Translations under genes and position numbers: made by a program
UHGV virus genome: UHGV-0318153
DNA from: a virus
Length of the DNA: 64,000 nt
Reading direction: 5' to 3' (one strand)
Part shown: in pieces, positions 9,758 to 19,511 of the stretch
Layout of the letters: each line of letters opens with the position of its first letter
How positions within the stretch are numbered: the first letter of the stretch is position 1
Notes under the pieces: model-generated
Databases searched by the model: none
Seen by the model: only the letters and a program-made list of their open reading frames with translations
Told to the model about the DNA's origin: nothing

Positions 9758-10808
9758 TAATCTCGTGAACTGCTGGAAACTCCTAAAGCTGTTATTACTA
9801 AAACAGAAGATGAAAATCTAAATGGCAATAGTTACGAAAGTAGAAAAGAAATAACAGATGATATATGGAATAATATTCCTAAGTATTTTAATAATGGACA
9901 ATCAGCAGCTAAGACTACTCATTATATTGCGAAATATAATAATAGTAAAGTTCATCGACTATCCGAAAGGAGTACACATTGTTGATAAATGTGGAAGTGC
10001 GAGAAATCTTGTTAATAATATTGCATTTTGAAAAATTAGATATTATCTTTGTCTATATGTTTAATTTTTAATAATATTGATTATGGTAAAATTTAATTTT
10101 TCATTAGTTAAAAAAGAAGTTTATGGTGTTGTTAGAGGTAATGGTGTTATTCCTTATGGAGATTTAGCAAAATACTCTAATGTTATTGGTGTTTATTATA
10201 TTAAATCTAAAACTACTAATAAACAATATATTGGAAGTAGTAAAAATGTACAAAGACGTATTGGAAAACATTTTAGTGAATTAAAATATAATAGACATAG
10301 AGATAAAGATTTGCAAGAAGAATATAATTTATATGGATATTCTAATTTTGAATGCGGATTATATGAAACTTGTAATATAAATGAACTTCTTATTAAAGAA
10401 AAAGAATGGCAAATTAAAATTGGAATAGATAATCTTTATAATCAGAAAATCTCTGGATATTATATTACAGAAGAATTAAGACAAATTCATGCTAGAGCTG
10501 ATAAAAGTTCACATAAAACTAAAGAATATAGAGAAAAAATGAGTAATATAAAAAGTAATTATATAGCTCAATATAATCTTGATGAAACTTTAATTAAAAT
10601 TTGGAATAGTTCTAAAGAAATATGTGATACTCTAGGTTATACTAGAAGTGTAATATTATGTGGATGTAATGGTAGTAAAAAACATCCTTATGGTTATTAT
10701 TGGAGATATTGTGATAGTAAAGGTAATTTATTAGAAAACGGTAGAAAAGGAAAACAAGATTAAGATATAGTCAGGTTCATAGTGAAAGCTATGATGTTAA
10801 TGTGCGTC
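9755..10808 (+). mobile_element. group I intron (IA-like) interrupting DNA polymerase motif A and carrying a GIY-YIG homing endonuclease ORF
   Basis: R-like element GTTCATCGACTATCCG at 9949-9964 and S-like element AAGATATAGTC at 10762-10772 form a P7 (GACTA/TAGTC); P9-like hairpin at 10776-10793; G at 10806 immediately before exon 2; splice junctions uncertain to about +/-3 nt. Confidence 0.7.
10077..10763 (+). CDS. GIY-YIG homing endonuclease (intron-encoded)
   Basis: GVYYIK...YIGSS...R..H..E motif order; C-terminal GYYWRY resembles HEG DNA-binding modules; stop codon overlaps the intron P7 3' strand. Confidence 0.8.
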   Translation: MIMVKFNFSLVKKEVYGVVRGNGVIPYGDLAKYSNVIGVYYIKSKTTNKQYIGSSKNVQRRIGKHFSELKYNRHRDKDLQEEYNLYGYSNFECGLYETCNINELLIKEKEWQIKIGIDNLYNQKISGYYITEELRQIHARADKSSHKTKEYREKMSNIKSNYIAQYNLDETLIKIWNSSKEICDTLGYTRSVILCGCNGSKKHPYGYYWRYCDSKGNLLENGRKGKQD

Positions 10809-11847
10809 TTATTATCCTTCAATTATGGCTGCATATAGTGTTGCACCTGCTCATATGGTTACTAGTGCATTTCGTAATCTTATTCAATGGATGAAAGATA
10901 CTCGTGTTACTGTAAAACATAGTGAAGAAGCAATTATAGATGGTATTCCTAAAGATGTCCTTGCACTTGTATTAAAAATTGTCATTAATAGTATATATGG
11001 TAAATTTGGAGATGAAAATAGTCCACTTTATGATAGACTTGCTACTCTTCAAGTTACTATAAATGGTCAATTAATGATTCTTATGCTTTGTGAAGAACTT
11101 GAACTTAATGGTATTCATGTATTGTCAGCTAATACAGATGGTATTATGGTTAAGTTGTATGAGAAAGATAAAGAATTATTTAATGATATAGCTGATAGAT
11201 GGCAAGAAAAAACTAAAATGAAAGCAGATGCTGATATTCTTCATTGTCTTATAGCAAGAGATATAAATTCGTATATAGCCTTATTTAGAGAAGAAAAGAA
11301 AGGAGTTAGAAAATTAAAGACAGAATTTAAAGGAGCAATGAATCCAGATATGTATCGTATTGACTTACAAAAAGGATATGATAAACCTATTGTTGCTAAA
11401 GCTGTTTATGAGTATTTTATTAATAAAGTTCCTATAATGGAAACTCTTCAAAAAGCTACTAATATTCTTGATTTTTGTATGACTCAAAATGTTGGTAGAC
11501 AATTTCATGTTGAAGAAACGAAAATTGTTAATGGAATGCTTACACGAATAGTTTGTCAGCGATATGTTAGATTTTATATTAGTAATGATGGATATACAAT
11601 AGAAAAAGTTCATAATATTACTAATAGTAGGTCAAGAATGGCAGCTGGAGTTAAAGTTTGTGTTGTTAATACTTTGGATGATACTAATATTAGTTTAAGG
11701 AATATTGATTTTAAATATTATTATAATGAATGTATGAAATTAATAGACCCAATTAAGTTAGGTATTACTCCTAAAGGTAAAGGAAAAAGTAAAATTCGAA
11801 AATTTAGTGGAATGTATAATACTTTATTTGATGATGTAGATGAATAA
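10807..11847 (+). CDS. family-B DNA polymerase, exon 2 (polymerase domain)
   Basis: begins (S)YYPSIM completing motif A; motif B KIVINSIYGKFG (Kx3NSxYG); motif C SANTDGIMV (DTDS-like). Confidence 0.8.
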   Translation, partial: SYYPSIMAAYSVAPAHMVTSAFRNLIQWMKDTRVTVKHSEEAIIDGIPKDVLALVLKIVINSIYGKFGDENSPLYDRLATLQVTINGQLMILMLCEELELNGIHVLSANTDGIMVKLYEKDKELFNDIADRWQEKTKMKADADILHCLIARDINSYIALFREEKKGVRKLKTEFKGAMNPDMYRIDLQKGYDKPIVAKAVYEYFINKVPIMETLQKATNILDFCMTQNVGRQFHVEETKIVNGMLTRIVCQRYVRFYISNDGYTIEKVHNITNSRSRMAAGVKVCVVNTLDDTNISLRNIDFKYYYNECMKLIDPIKLGITPKGKGKSKIRKFSGMYNTLFDDVDE

Positions 11848-13204
11848 AACATATATTGATATAGCTAATAAATGGAGAGAAAATAAATGTAAAGGTTGTT
11901 GCATACTTCTTGAACCTTATAATCCTGCTATATTAATAGAATATATAATGAAAAGAAGTATAGAAAAAAATCCAAATATAAAAGCACTTATTGTAGTTAA
12001 AGATTATGATGTTAGAACTCGTATTGTCAATTATTTAAAAGAAAACAATATAAGTCCTAATAATTATGCTTGTATTACTTCTGTTTATGTAAAAATAGGT
12101 GTACATTATGATTATGATATAGCTTTTTATGTTGGATTAACTGATATGTATCAAGCAAATTATATTAATAGTATAATTAAATATGGATTATTTATTATAA
12201 CAACAGATAAAATTCATCCTGATTCTCGTGCTTATCTTTATAAATATTTTCCTATATTAAATCAAGCTGATTATGCTGCTAAATATGCAACTAAATATAG
12301 CTTGCCCGTAGAGGAAATTCACATTGGAGTACAGTTTGCTAGACAAGATGAAAAAGAATTATATGATAAATATAGTGATTATATAAATAAAACTATTAAT
12401 ATATTTGGTAGCCTTGAAAATATAAATCGTGCTAGAGTAGGAGATAAAACTACAGGTCAATCTGCTGAAGCTGTAAGATTATCTATTGCTCAATATAATG
12501 GTTGGAATGAACATCTTGATGTAACTATACCTTTTAATAAGCAAATAGATGATTTATTTAATCCTATTAGTATAGAAGAAAGATGTTCTACTGCTTATAA
12601 TATTTTTCGTGAACGTAATAATTTAGTAAATAATAATGTAAATAAAATACCTATAATTATAGATTTATTAAATGGAGAATTAAAAGATAAAAAAGTAATA
12701 ATAGTTAGTAAGAATACTATTCTTGCAACAGAAGTTTATAAAGCTCTTAATAAAAATAATATACCATGTGGTGAATTTCATAATGATATTGAAGCTAGAC
12801 CTGTTTATGATGAAAATGTTGGAGATTTTATAAGATATAAGACTGGTAATCGAAAAGGAGAAGTAAAAAACTTCGCCGCACAAGCTATTTCCAGCCTTTC
12901 TGTGCAATCTTTCAACTCAAACAATATTAGAGTATTATCCATTAAAAATTGTTCGTCAGACAGCCTAGAAATCACGTGTGATGCGATTATATTCATGTCA
13001 CCAAATTGTTATAATATAAAAGAGTTCCTATATAGATATAATAAACTTACTTTTAATGTTGATAAAATAAAAATCTATAAATTATATATGATAGGTACAA
13101 ATGAAGAAAATGATTGTAGTCGGCTAAAACCTATTAATGAAAATCATGAAATAAAAAATATTACAGAGAATGAAAAATATTATGTTCAAAGTTTTGGTAG
13201 TTAA
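11840..13204 (+). CDS. hypothetical protein (454 aa), possibly ATPase/helicase-like; locally GC-elevated segment at 12870-12990
   Basis: long ORF; no clean catalytic motif recognised. Confidence 0.5.
   Translation: MNKTYIDIANKWRENKCKGCCILLEPYNPAILIEYIMKRSIEKNPNIKALIVVKDYDVRTRIVNYLKENNISPNNYACITSVYVKIGVHYDYDIAFYVGLTDMYQANYINSIIKYGLFIITTDKIHPDSRAYLYKYFPILNQADYAAKYATKYSLPVEEIHIGVQFARQDEKELYDKYSDYINKTINIFGSLENINRARVGDKTTGQSAEAVRLSIAQYNGWNEHLDVTIPFNKQIDDLFNPISIEERCSTAYNIFRERNNLVNNNVNKIPIIIDLLNGELKDKKVIIVSKNTILATEVYKALNKNNIPCGEFHNDIEARPVYDENVGDFIRYKTGNRKGEVKNFAAQAISSLSVQSFNSNNIRVLSIKNCSSDSLEITCDAIIFMSPNCYNIKEFLYRYNKLTFNVDKIKIYKLYMIGTNEENDCSRLKPINENHEIKNITENEKYYVQSFGS
12297..12316 (-). repeat. dispersed element copy, B orientation
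   Basis: atagcttgcccgtagaggaa; translated SLPVEE. Confidence 0.9.
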
Positions 13205-13258
13205 GAATAATTGCTTATATTTGTCATGTAATCAAAAACAATAAAGCTCTTTGACATT

Positions 13259-14185
13259 ATGACAGAAGATAAAGAAGTAAAAGAAAAGAAAGATGTTGCT
13301 ATTGTTAAACATGATGTTGGTAATTGTACAATAGATACTATTAATCTATTAGATGATGGACAACTTGCTGCTGCTAAAAGATTTCTTACTGAAATAGTAA
13401 GAAGTGAGAAAGGTGGTATTAAGACTATTAACGATGGTCTTGCTATTCTTATGAGAGCAAAAGATTTGGCTCTTCCTTTTAGCACTTGTATAGAACATAT
13501 TCATGTTGTCAGTGGTAAAACGGTAATAGATATTCATATTATCAAGGCTTTGTTGTCAAAGGCACAAGTAACTTGGGAATGTACTCACGATTATACTTGT
13601 CTGTATCAATATACAGATGGCAATATTGCTTATAATGAGAATAATCTACCTGAGTATTGTAAGAAATGCGCTACAGCTAAAGAAGCTGCTGAAATAACTA
13701 AAGAAAGTAATGGAGATATAGTTGGAGTTTATCAAGTTAGATATTATCAAGATTATAATGGTAATGTTTATGACGAATTTAAGTTGAATGGTAATTTTGC
13801 TATTGCTCCTAATAGAATGGTTGCTGCTGAAATTGCTAAACAAAATAAAATTCCAATATTTAGAATACCTCCACAACCTATTGATTATATTACTGAATAT
13901 AAATTTAAACGTGCTAGAAACATTGGTAATGAAATTCATATTCAAGAATGTACATCACATTTTAGTTATCAAGAAGCTCAACAAGCTGGTTTCTTTACTA
14001 AAGATACTTATCAAAAATATGCTAGAATAATGATTAGTCATAGAGCATTTACTCTTGGTGCTAGAGATATTGCTAGTGATATTTTGATGGGTTGTCAAGA
14101 AAAATTAGAGTGGAAACTTCAAGATAATGTCAATATTGATGATAATGATGTTATTGATGCAGAAGTTGAAACTGTAGAAGAATAG
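13259..14185 (+). CDS. hypothetical protein (308 aa); weak resemblance to RecT-like single-strand annealing proteins
   Basis: long ORF; the resemblance is impressionistic only. Confidence 0.5.
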   Translation: MTEDKEVKEKKDVAIVKHDVGNCTIDTINLLDDGQLAAAKRFLTEIVRSEKGGIKTINDGLAILMRAKDLALPFSTCIEHIHVVSGKTVIDIHIIKALLSKAQVTWECTHDYTCLYQYTDGNIAYNENNLPEYCKKCATAKEAAEITKESNGDIVGVYQVRYYQDYNGNVYDEFKLNGNFAIAPNRMVAAEIAKQNKIPIFRIPPQPIDYITEYKFKRARNIGNEIHIQECTSHFSYQEAQQAGFFTKDTYQKYARIMISHRAFTLGARDIASDILMGCQEKLEWKLQDNVNIDDNDVIDAEVETVEE

Positions 14186-14275
14186 AGTTGAATTAGTCAA
14201 ACTCTTAAAACTTTGATTAATGCTATTTGTATTAATATAATTAATTTATTTATTCACATTTAAAATTTTACAATT

Positions 14276-15106
14276 ATGAAAACATTTGGTAAATTGTCTT
14301 TCGGTATGTCAGTAGTTAATCTTGCAAAACGTGGTGTAGTTGCTGAGCCTGAACTTATTGCTAATACAACTCCTGGTTCTTTTAGATTGACTGCTCCTGT
14401 TACTCGTGCTTTGGGTATTGCAAGTGGTGATTATGTAATGTTTGTTGGTAACACTGCTGCTATTGATATGGCTATTGCACAGAAAGATGAAGAATTGGTA
14501 GCATGGTGTCAAGAAAATAATATTGATATTACTTCTCCTGCTGGTGTTGCTGCTATTCACGAAGCATTTGATATGTGGGCTGTTGCTAAAGGTATTCAAG
14601 AATTTGATGCTAAAGGTAATCCTGTAAAAGTTTCTGAAAGATGGACTAAGGATGCTAAGATGGCTTATGTAGCTAATGATTTTGACAATATCTTTGAAAG
14701 TGCAAAAGCTAACGGTGATGCTGATTTTGTTGCTGCTTTGACTGCTGAAGGTATGACTAAAGAAGCACAGATTGAAATGATTGCTAATTCATTGCAGCCA
14801 GAAATTGTTGATAAATATCGTGGTGCTAAATGTGCTAATCCTTCTAAATTGGTTGGTATTGGTAATGTTGTTACATTTGCTGATGCTTCTGTATGGTCAG
14901 CATTAAAGGCTAATATGGGAGAAACAATGAAATCTCATAGTCGTATTTTCTCTGTTGATATTACAGAACTTATGGATGTTGTTATTAATGATGGTTGCAA
15001 AGATGTAACAATTAAAGCTGCTGTATTGAAAGAATATCGTGATGTTGAATCTACTCGTAAGAAAGATAACGAGGAAGGAGAAAATGAAGAAACTTCTGCT
15101 GAATAA
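14276..15106 (+). CDS. Ala/Gly-rich hypothetical protein (276 aa) with acidic C-terminus; probably abundant
   Basis: GC-elevated codon usage; own terminator downstream. Confidence 0.6.
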   Translation: MKTFGKLSFGMSVVNLAKRGVVAEPELIANTTPGSFRLTAPVTRALGIASGDYVMFVGNTAAIDMAIAQKDEELVAWCQENNIDITSPAGVAAIHEAFDMWAVAKGIQEFDAKGNPVKVSERWTKDAKMAYVANDFDNIFESAKANGDADFVAALTAEGMTKEAQIEMIANSLQPEIVDKYRGAKCANPSKLVGIGNVVTFADASVWSALKANMGETMKSHSRIFSVDITELMDVVINDGCKDVTIKAAVLKEYRDVESTRKKDNEEGENEETSAE

Positions 15107-15131
15107 TCTTCTGTTATAAAAATGATTTTTA

Positions 15132-15176
15132 AAGGCTGTACATGATACTATAGTTGATTGTACAGCCTTATTTTGT
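15132..15176 (+). terminator. rho-independent terminator-like hairpin
   Basis: aaggctgtaca / tgtacagcctt perfect 11-bp stem followed by ATTTTGT. Confidence 0.55.
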
Positions 15177-15214
15177 ACAAAATAATTACTAATCTTTTAA
15201 AACTTAATTAAGTT

Positions 15215-16213
15215 ATGAACGAAATTAAATCTAATGTTGCTAGTGAAGCAAAACCTGAAGTTGCTAATGAAGCTAATGTTGAAACTCCTAAGAAAAAACG
15301 TAGAGGTTTAGGAAGTGTTCGTGGTGCTAGTAGATTGAAATTTTCTAAAGATGATTATAATCGTTCTAATGGTTTGTTTATTGGTCATCTTGATAGTGTT
15401 GAAATGAAATGGGCAACACAAAAAGAAGATAATGCTACATCATTTGCTGGTCTTGCAGTTCCTTATCTTGCATTTACTTTTGCTAGTAATCATGATAAAG
15501 AAGCTGATAGACGTTATATTACTCTTCGTGTAATGCCTGTTGAAAGTAGTGCATTAACTATTGAAGGTGGTGATGAAGAATGGAAATTTAATCAGCAAAT
15601 GGGATGGCTTAAACATATTCTTGATGTATTTGTTCTTCGTGGTAAACCAATGACAGAAGAAATGGAAGATAAACTTGCACTTTCTTATGTTGATACTGAT
15701 GAAGAAGGACAATATGTTCCTGTTGAGCCAGAAGAAGTATTAGCTGGTTGGAGAGCATTATTTGAAAACTTTATTGCTATTCTTGAAAATGATGGTAAAC
15801 CATATTATAAGAATGATAAAGGTGGAATTCTTCCTGTTTGGATGAAGTTGCTTAAATATGTTCGAGTTCGTGATAGAAAAACTAAAGAAATGTATTGGAC
15901 GCCTGTAGCTTCAGGTAATCAAGCTGGTGATTATAGTTTTACTAATTTTGTTGGTGAAGGTGCTATTGAAATTTATCATCAAGATAAAGCTCCTAATTTA
16001 AGAGTTGATGTTTCTAAAGAATCTGTAACGGATAAAGAAGTTCCAAATAAACCTAAAACTCCTAATATGCCAGCTATTCCAGGTGTACCTACTACTGGAG
16101 TAACACCTACTAATATTGGTATAGGTGGTGCTGCTCCTATTGGTGGTGCTGGAGCATTTGACCCTAATGCAAATTATGGTACTCCTGTTACTGGTGAAGA
16201 TTTACCATTTTAA
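15215..16213 (+). CDS. putative SSB-like DNA-binding protein (332 aa) with Gly/Pro-rich linker and C-terminal ...GEDLPF tip
   Basis: basic N-terminus, Gly/Pro-rich C-terminal region and terminal acidic + Phe tail reminiscent of SSB/T7 gp2.5 tails. Confidence 0.35.
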   Translation: MNEIKSNVASEAKPEVANEANVETPKKKRRGLGSVRGASRLKFSKDDYNRSNGLFIGHLDSVEMKWATQKEDNATSFAGLAVPYLAFTFASNHDKEADRRYITLRVMPVESSALTIEGGDEEWKFNQQMGWLKHILDVFVLRGKPMTEEMEDKLALSYVDTDEEGQYVPVEPEEVLAGWRALFENFIAILENDGKPYYKNDKGGILPVWMKLLKYVRVRDRKTKEMYWTPVASGNQAGDYSFTNFVGEGAIEIYHQDKAPNLRVDVSKESVTDKEVPNKPKTPNMPAIPGVPTTGVTPTNIGIGGAAPIGGAGAFDPNANYGTPVTGEDLPF

Positions 16214-16230
16214 TATTTAATTGTTAGTAG

Positions 16231-16267
16231 AATGGCTAGGACTTTAATTAGTTCTAGCCATTTTTTA
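16231..16267 (+). terminator. rho-independent terminator-like hairpin
   Basis: aatggctag / ctagccatt 9-bp stem followed by TTTTTTATT. Confidence 0.55.
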
Positions 16268-16274
16268 TTGTGTT

Positions 16275-17459
16275 ATGAGAAGAAGTGTGAATAATAGTAT
16301 TATTACTAAAGAACTTATACTATCTAAAGTTAGTCAAATAAGTATATTTGCAGCTTATACAGGACTATCTATTGAAACTATTCAAGATTGTATAGATAAT
16401 AATACTATGATTTCTAGTCCTTTTCGCATTGATGAACATCCCAGTTTTGGTTTTAGATATGATAATAGAAATAAACTTAAAGGTCGTGACTTCGCCGGGT
16501 ACTTTTGGGGTGATTGTTTTGATGCAGCCGCTTTTGTACTTTCTGCTAATAATCAATTTATTAATGTTAGCGAGAAACAATATTTTAGACTTGTTTTAAA
16601 TCATATAGCAAATACTTTTAAACATATAATTTATGGAACAGAAAAAGATGAAAATATTAATAATGAAATACAAGTTGGATTAAATATAATTCGTAATAGA
16701 AAAAATGTTATAGAACTTGTAATTCGTAATTGGGAAGATTATGATATAAATTATTGGAAACAATTTGATATAGATATTAGTTTACTTAATACTAATTTTG
16801 TTTATCCTATTGACCAATTTTATATTAATCGTAATATTAATCCTGAACCTAAATATTATCATAATAAAAAAGATTTATGTTATGGTTATATATTAGGACA
16901 AGATAAACATGGAATATATAACATTAAACTTTATTTTCCTAATCGTAAAAAAGGTGATGTTAGATTTATTACTAATTGTAATCATATTGAAGGTGTTCTT
17001 AATTTTAATACAAACGATAAATATGATTATATAATTATAACTAAATCTACTAAAGATAGACTTGCTTTAAAAAGTTATTTAAGCAAGACTACTATGTCAT
17101 CATTCCTCTACGGGCAAGCTACAATAGGCTTAATTAATATTCCATGTGAAAGTTATAAATTAAAAGATAGAGAGTATGAATATCTTCTTAATAATATAAA
17201 AGATAGATATAATATTATTAGTCTTATGGATAATGATATGGCTGGTAAAAAAGAAGCTATATGTTTAAAGAAGGAATTCAATATTACTCCTATACTTATT
17301 CCTAAAGAATATGAATGTAAAGATTTTGCTGAATTAAGACAAAATTATTCTATACAAGTTATTGACAATTTATTTAAAGACGTAATAAATTATATACAAG
17401 AAGATGAAAACATTGAAATTGATTGGAATACGGAAGAGAGCAATACTTTGCCGTTTTAA
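16275..17459 (+). CDS. DnaG-like DNA primase (Toprim)
   Basis: N-terminal SSPFRIDEHPSFGF resembles the CPFHxExTPSF primase zinc-binding region; Toprim DxD motif LMDNDMAGKKEA; C-terminal ...EESNTLPF; in-frame repeat copy (FLYGQAT). Confidence 0.6.
   Translation: MRRSVNNSIITKELILSKVSQISIFAAYTGLSIETIQDCIDNNTMISSPFRIDEHPSFGFRYDNRNKLKGRDFAGYFWGDCFDAAAFVLSANNQFINVSEKQYFRLVLNHIANTFKHIIYGTEKDENINNEIQVGLNIIRNRKNVIELVIRNWEDYDINYWKQFDIDISLLNTNFVYPIDQFYINRNINPEPKYYHNKKDLCYGYILGQDKHGIYNIKLYFPNRKKGDVRFITNCNHIEGVLNFNTNDKYDYIIITKSTKDRLALKSYLSKTTMSSFLYGQATIGLINIPCESYKLKDREYEYLLNNIKDRYNIISLMDNDMAGKKEAICLKKEFNITPILIPKEYECKDFAELRQNYSIQVIDNLFKDVINYIQEDENIEIDWNTEESNTLPF
17103..17123 (+). repeat. dispersed element copy, A orientation, inside primase
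   Basis: ttcctctacgggcaagctaca; translated FLYGQAT. Confidence 0.9.
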
Positions 17460-17484
17460 TAATTATGCAAAAGAAGTTGCTATA

Positions 17485-17832
17485 ATGATACCTTTAACTG
17501 ATGAACAAGTTGAAGAATTAGAAACAAATAGAAAAATTATCATTGATGATAAAACAATTACTAGTGATAATATATATTGCTATGGTGATATTGATTTATC
17601 AGATAAAGAAAATGTTGAATATATTAAGAAATTTAATTTAATTAATCAAGATGATTTTTCTAATACTATACATAGTAATTTTAATTATGAAGAAGGTATT
17701 GTTAAATATGAAGGTAAAATTCCTAAAACTTATTCAACAGATAATGTAATACTATGGTTTAAATATAATTATTTGCTTATTGGAAAACCAAAGAATGTAT
17801 TAATATATAGATGTAAAAAAGTTGATTTATGA
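17485..17832 (+). CDS. hypothetical protein (~115 aa)
   Basis: ORF; internal Met chosen as start. Confidence 0.4.
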   Translation: MIPLTDEQVEELETNRKIIIDDKTITSDNIYCYGDIDLSDKENVEYIKKFNLINQDDFSNTIHSNFNYEEGIVKYEGKIPKTYSTDNVILWFKYNYLLIGKPKNVLIYRCKKVDL

Positions 17833-18284
17833 TAGAATTAGATAAAATAGATATTAATTTTATTAATAGCGAAATCAATAATAAAGGACATTGTAAAGTT
17901 TTAGATGAATTATTACATAGTTTAGATGTTACAAGACATCTTCCTGATGGTATGAGAATAACAGCAACTACTTATTATACTTATCATGCTGATTTAGCAA
18001 GATATGATTATACTATTAAAGATGCTGTTGCAAAAAATATATTAAGTAATGAGCAATATAATTTGTATTGTAATAAACTTAATGAAAGAATTGCCGCTAA
18101 TCTTGAATATGAAAAACTTAATCCTCCAATAAATCCTTATAAAGATGGAAAAAGAAAAGTTAGTAAAAATCCTAGAAGTACTAGAAAAGCTAGAACAACG
18201 GATATGTTTACTGGAGAAACTACTATAAGTACTATTAATGATAAAGGCGGTATTGTTAGGTCAAAAAAGATTAAAAATGCCTGA
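17829..18284 (+). CDS. hypothetical protein (151 aa), basic C-terminus
   Basis: ORF. Confidence 0.45.
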   Translation: MIELDKIDINFINSEINNKGHCKVLDELLHSLDVTRHLPDGMRITATTYYTYHADLARYDYTIKDAVAKNILSNEQYNLYCNKLNERIAANLEYEKLNPPINPYKDGKRKVSKNPRSTRKARTTDMFTGETTISTINDKGGIVRSKKIKNA

Positions 18285-18319
18285 AGGTAAATTAGTATTT
18301 AATTTTAATAAGAAATAAT

Positions 18320-19510
18320 ATGCAATGGCTATTTAGAAGAAATAATGCTGGACAACCTTGTTGTTGGGGTGTTGAATTAAATAATAATTCAATAGTTGTA
18401 CAATATGGTATTGTTGGCAAAACTATTCATCAAGAGAAATATATTGTTACTCAAAAAGATGGTTTAAAAGAAGTTCAATCTCGTATTAATAGTAAACTTA
18501 AAGAAGGATATATATTTGCTAATGAAATACGTGATGATAATACTGTTAATGAATTTCCATCTTTAGATTATCTTAATAATTATCTTCCACATGATAGAAG
18601 TAATAACAACAATGATGTTCTTCTTGCTATGTTAGCTAAAACTTATAATAGTAATTTATGGAAGAAACATTCATTAATGTTAGGACAATGGAAGATTAAT
18701 GGTTTAAGATGTTTTATATCTGCTTATCAAGATAATGATATATTTGCTTCTGTTAGATTAAGATTTCAAAGTAGAGAAGGTGAGATTTGGACTAGTCTTG
18801 ATAATCTTGAAGATTATTTATTATCAGTATTGCCAAAAGAATTATTAGATTTAATGGTAAATGAACATTTTGTTCTTGATGGTGAAGTTTATCTTCCTGG
18901 TTATAGTATAAATGAGATTAATCATTTTGTTAAAAATAAGAGTGATGATAAAAATAAACTATTACAATTTTGGTGTTATGATTTAGCTATTGCTGATATG
19001 ACACAAGAGCATAGATTTAATATTCTTGATAATTATTTATGGAAACATCGTTTTATTTTTATAAGTAAAGATGTTCATTTAAATAATCAAAATAGACTAG
19101 TTTATTTACCTTATGTTGATATAACAAATGACAATGAAGCTATAAAATATAGAGATGAATTTATTAAAAATGGTTTTGAAGGTCTTATACTTCGTAATCC
19201 TTATGTTGAATATCAATTTGGTAAACGTAGAGTTGGTTTTCTAACTAAATATAAAGATAAAACTGATGGAAGATTTGTTATTATTGATATTCAAAAAGAA
19301 CAAAAAAGAGATTTACCTATTATAACTTGTCGTAATGATATTAATAATGAAACTTTTGATACAAGATTTAGTTATCCTCATGAACGACAAAAAGAAATAC
19401 TTGATAATAAAGAAAAATATATAGGTAGAAATGTGTTTATTACTTTTGGCGAAAGAAGTGGTATTACTAATTGTCCATTTCATATTAGAGAAGTTTATTT
19501 AATAGATTAA
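18320..19510 (+). CDS. ATP-dependent DNA ligase-like nucleotidyltransferase
   Basis: motif III FVLDGEVY, motif IV EGLILR, motif V LTKYKDK; motif I reads WKINGLR (KxNG instead of KxDG). Confidence 0.55.
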   Translation: MQWLFRRNNAGQPCCWGVELNNNSIVVQYGIVGKTIHQEKYIVTQKDGLKEVQSRINSKLKEGYIFANEIRDDNTVNEFPSLDYLNNYLPHDRSNNNNDVLLAMLAKTYNSNLWKKHSLMLGQWKINGLRCFISAYQDNDIFASVRLRFQSREGEIWTSLDNLEDYLLSVLPKELLDLMVNEHFVLDGEVYLPGYSINEINHFVKNKSDDKNKLLQFWCYDLAIADMTQEHRFNILDNYLWKHRFIFISKDVHLNNQNRLVYLPYVDITNDNEAIKYRDEFIKNGFEGLILRNPYVEYQFGKRRVGFLTKYKDKTDGRFVIIDIQKEQKRDLPIITCRNDINNETFDTRFSYPHERQKEILDNKEKYIGRNVFITFGERSGITNCPFHIREVYLID

Positions 19511-19511
19511 A

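Noticed and set aside
12870-12996. GC-elevated patch with an antisense 63-aa ORF (12805-12996) as an embedded antisense gene
   Set aside because: The patch contains a degenerate copy of the TCTGAC upstream element (12954-12966), which could be an internal promoter for the next gene. The antisense ORF has no start context. Treated as sense-strand coding only.
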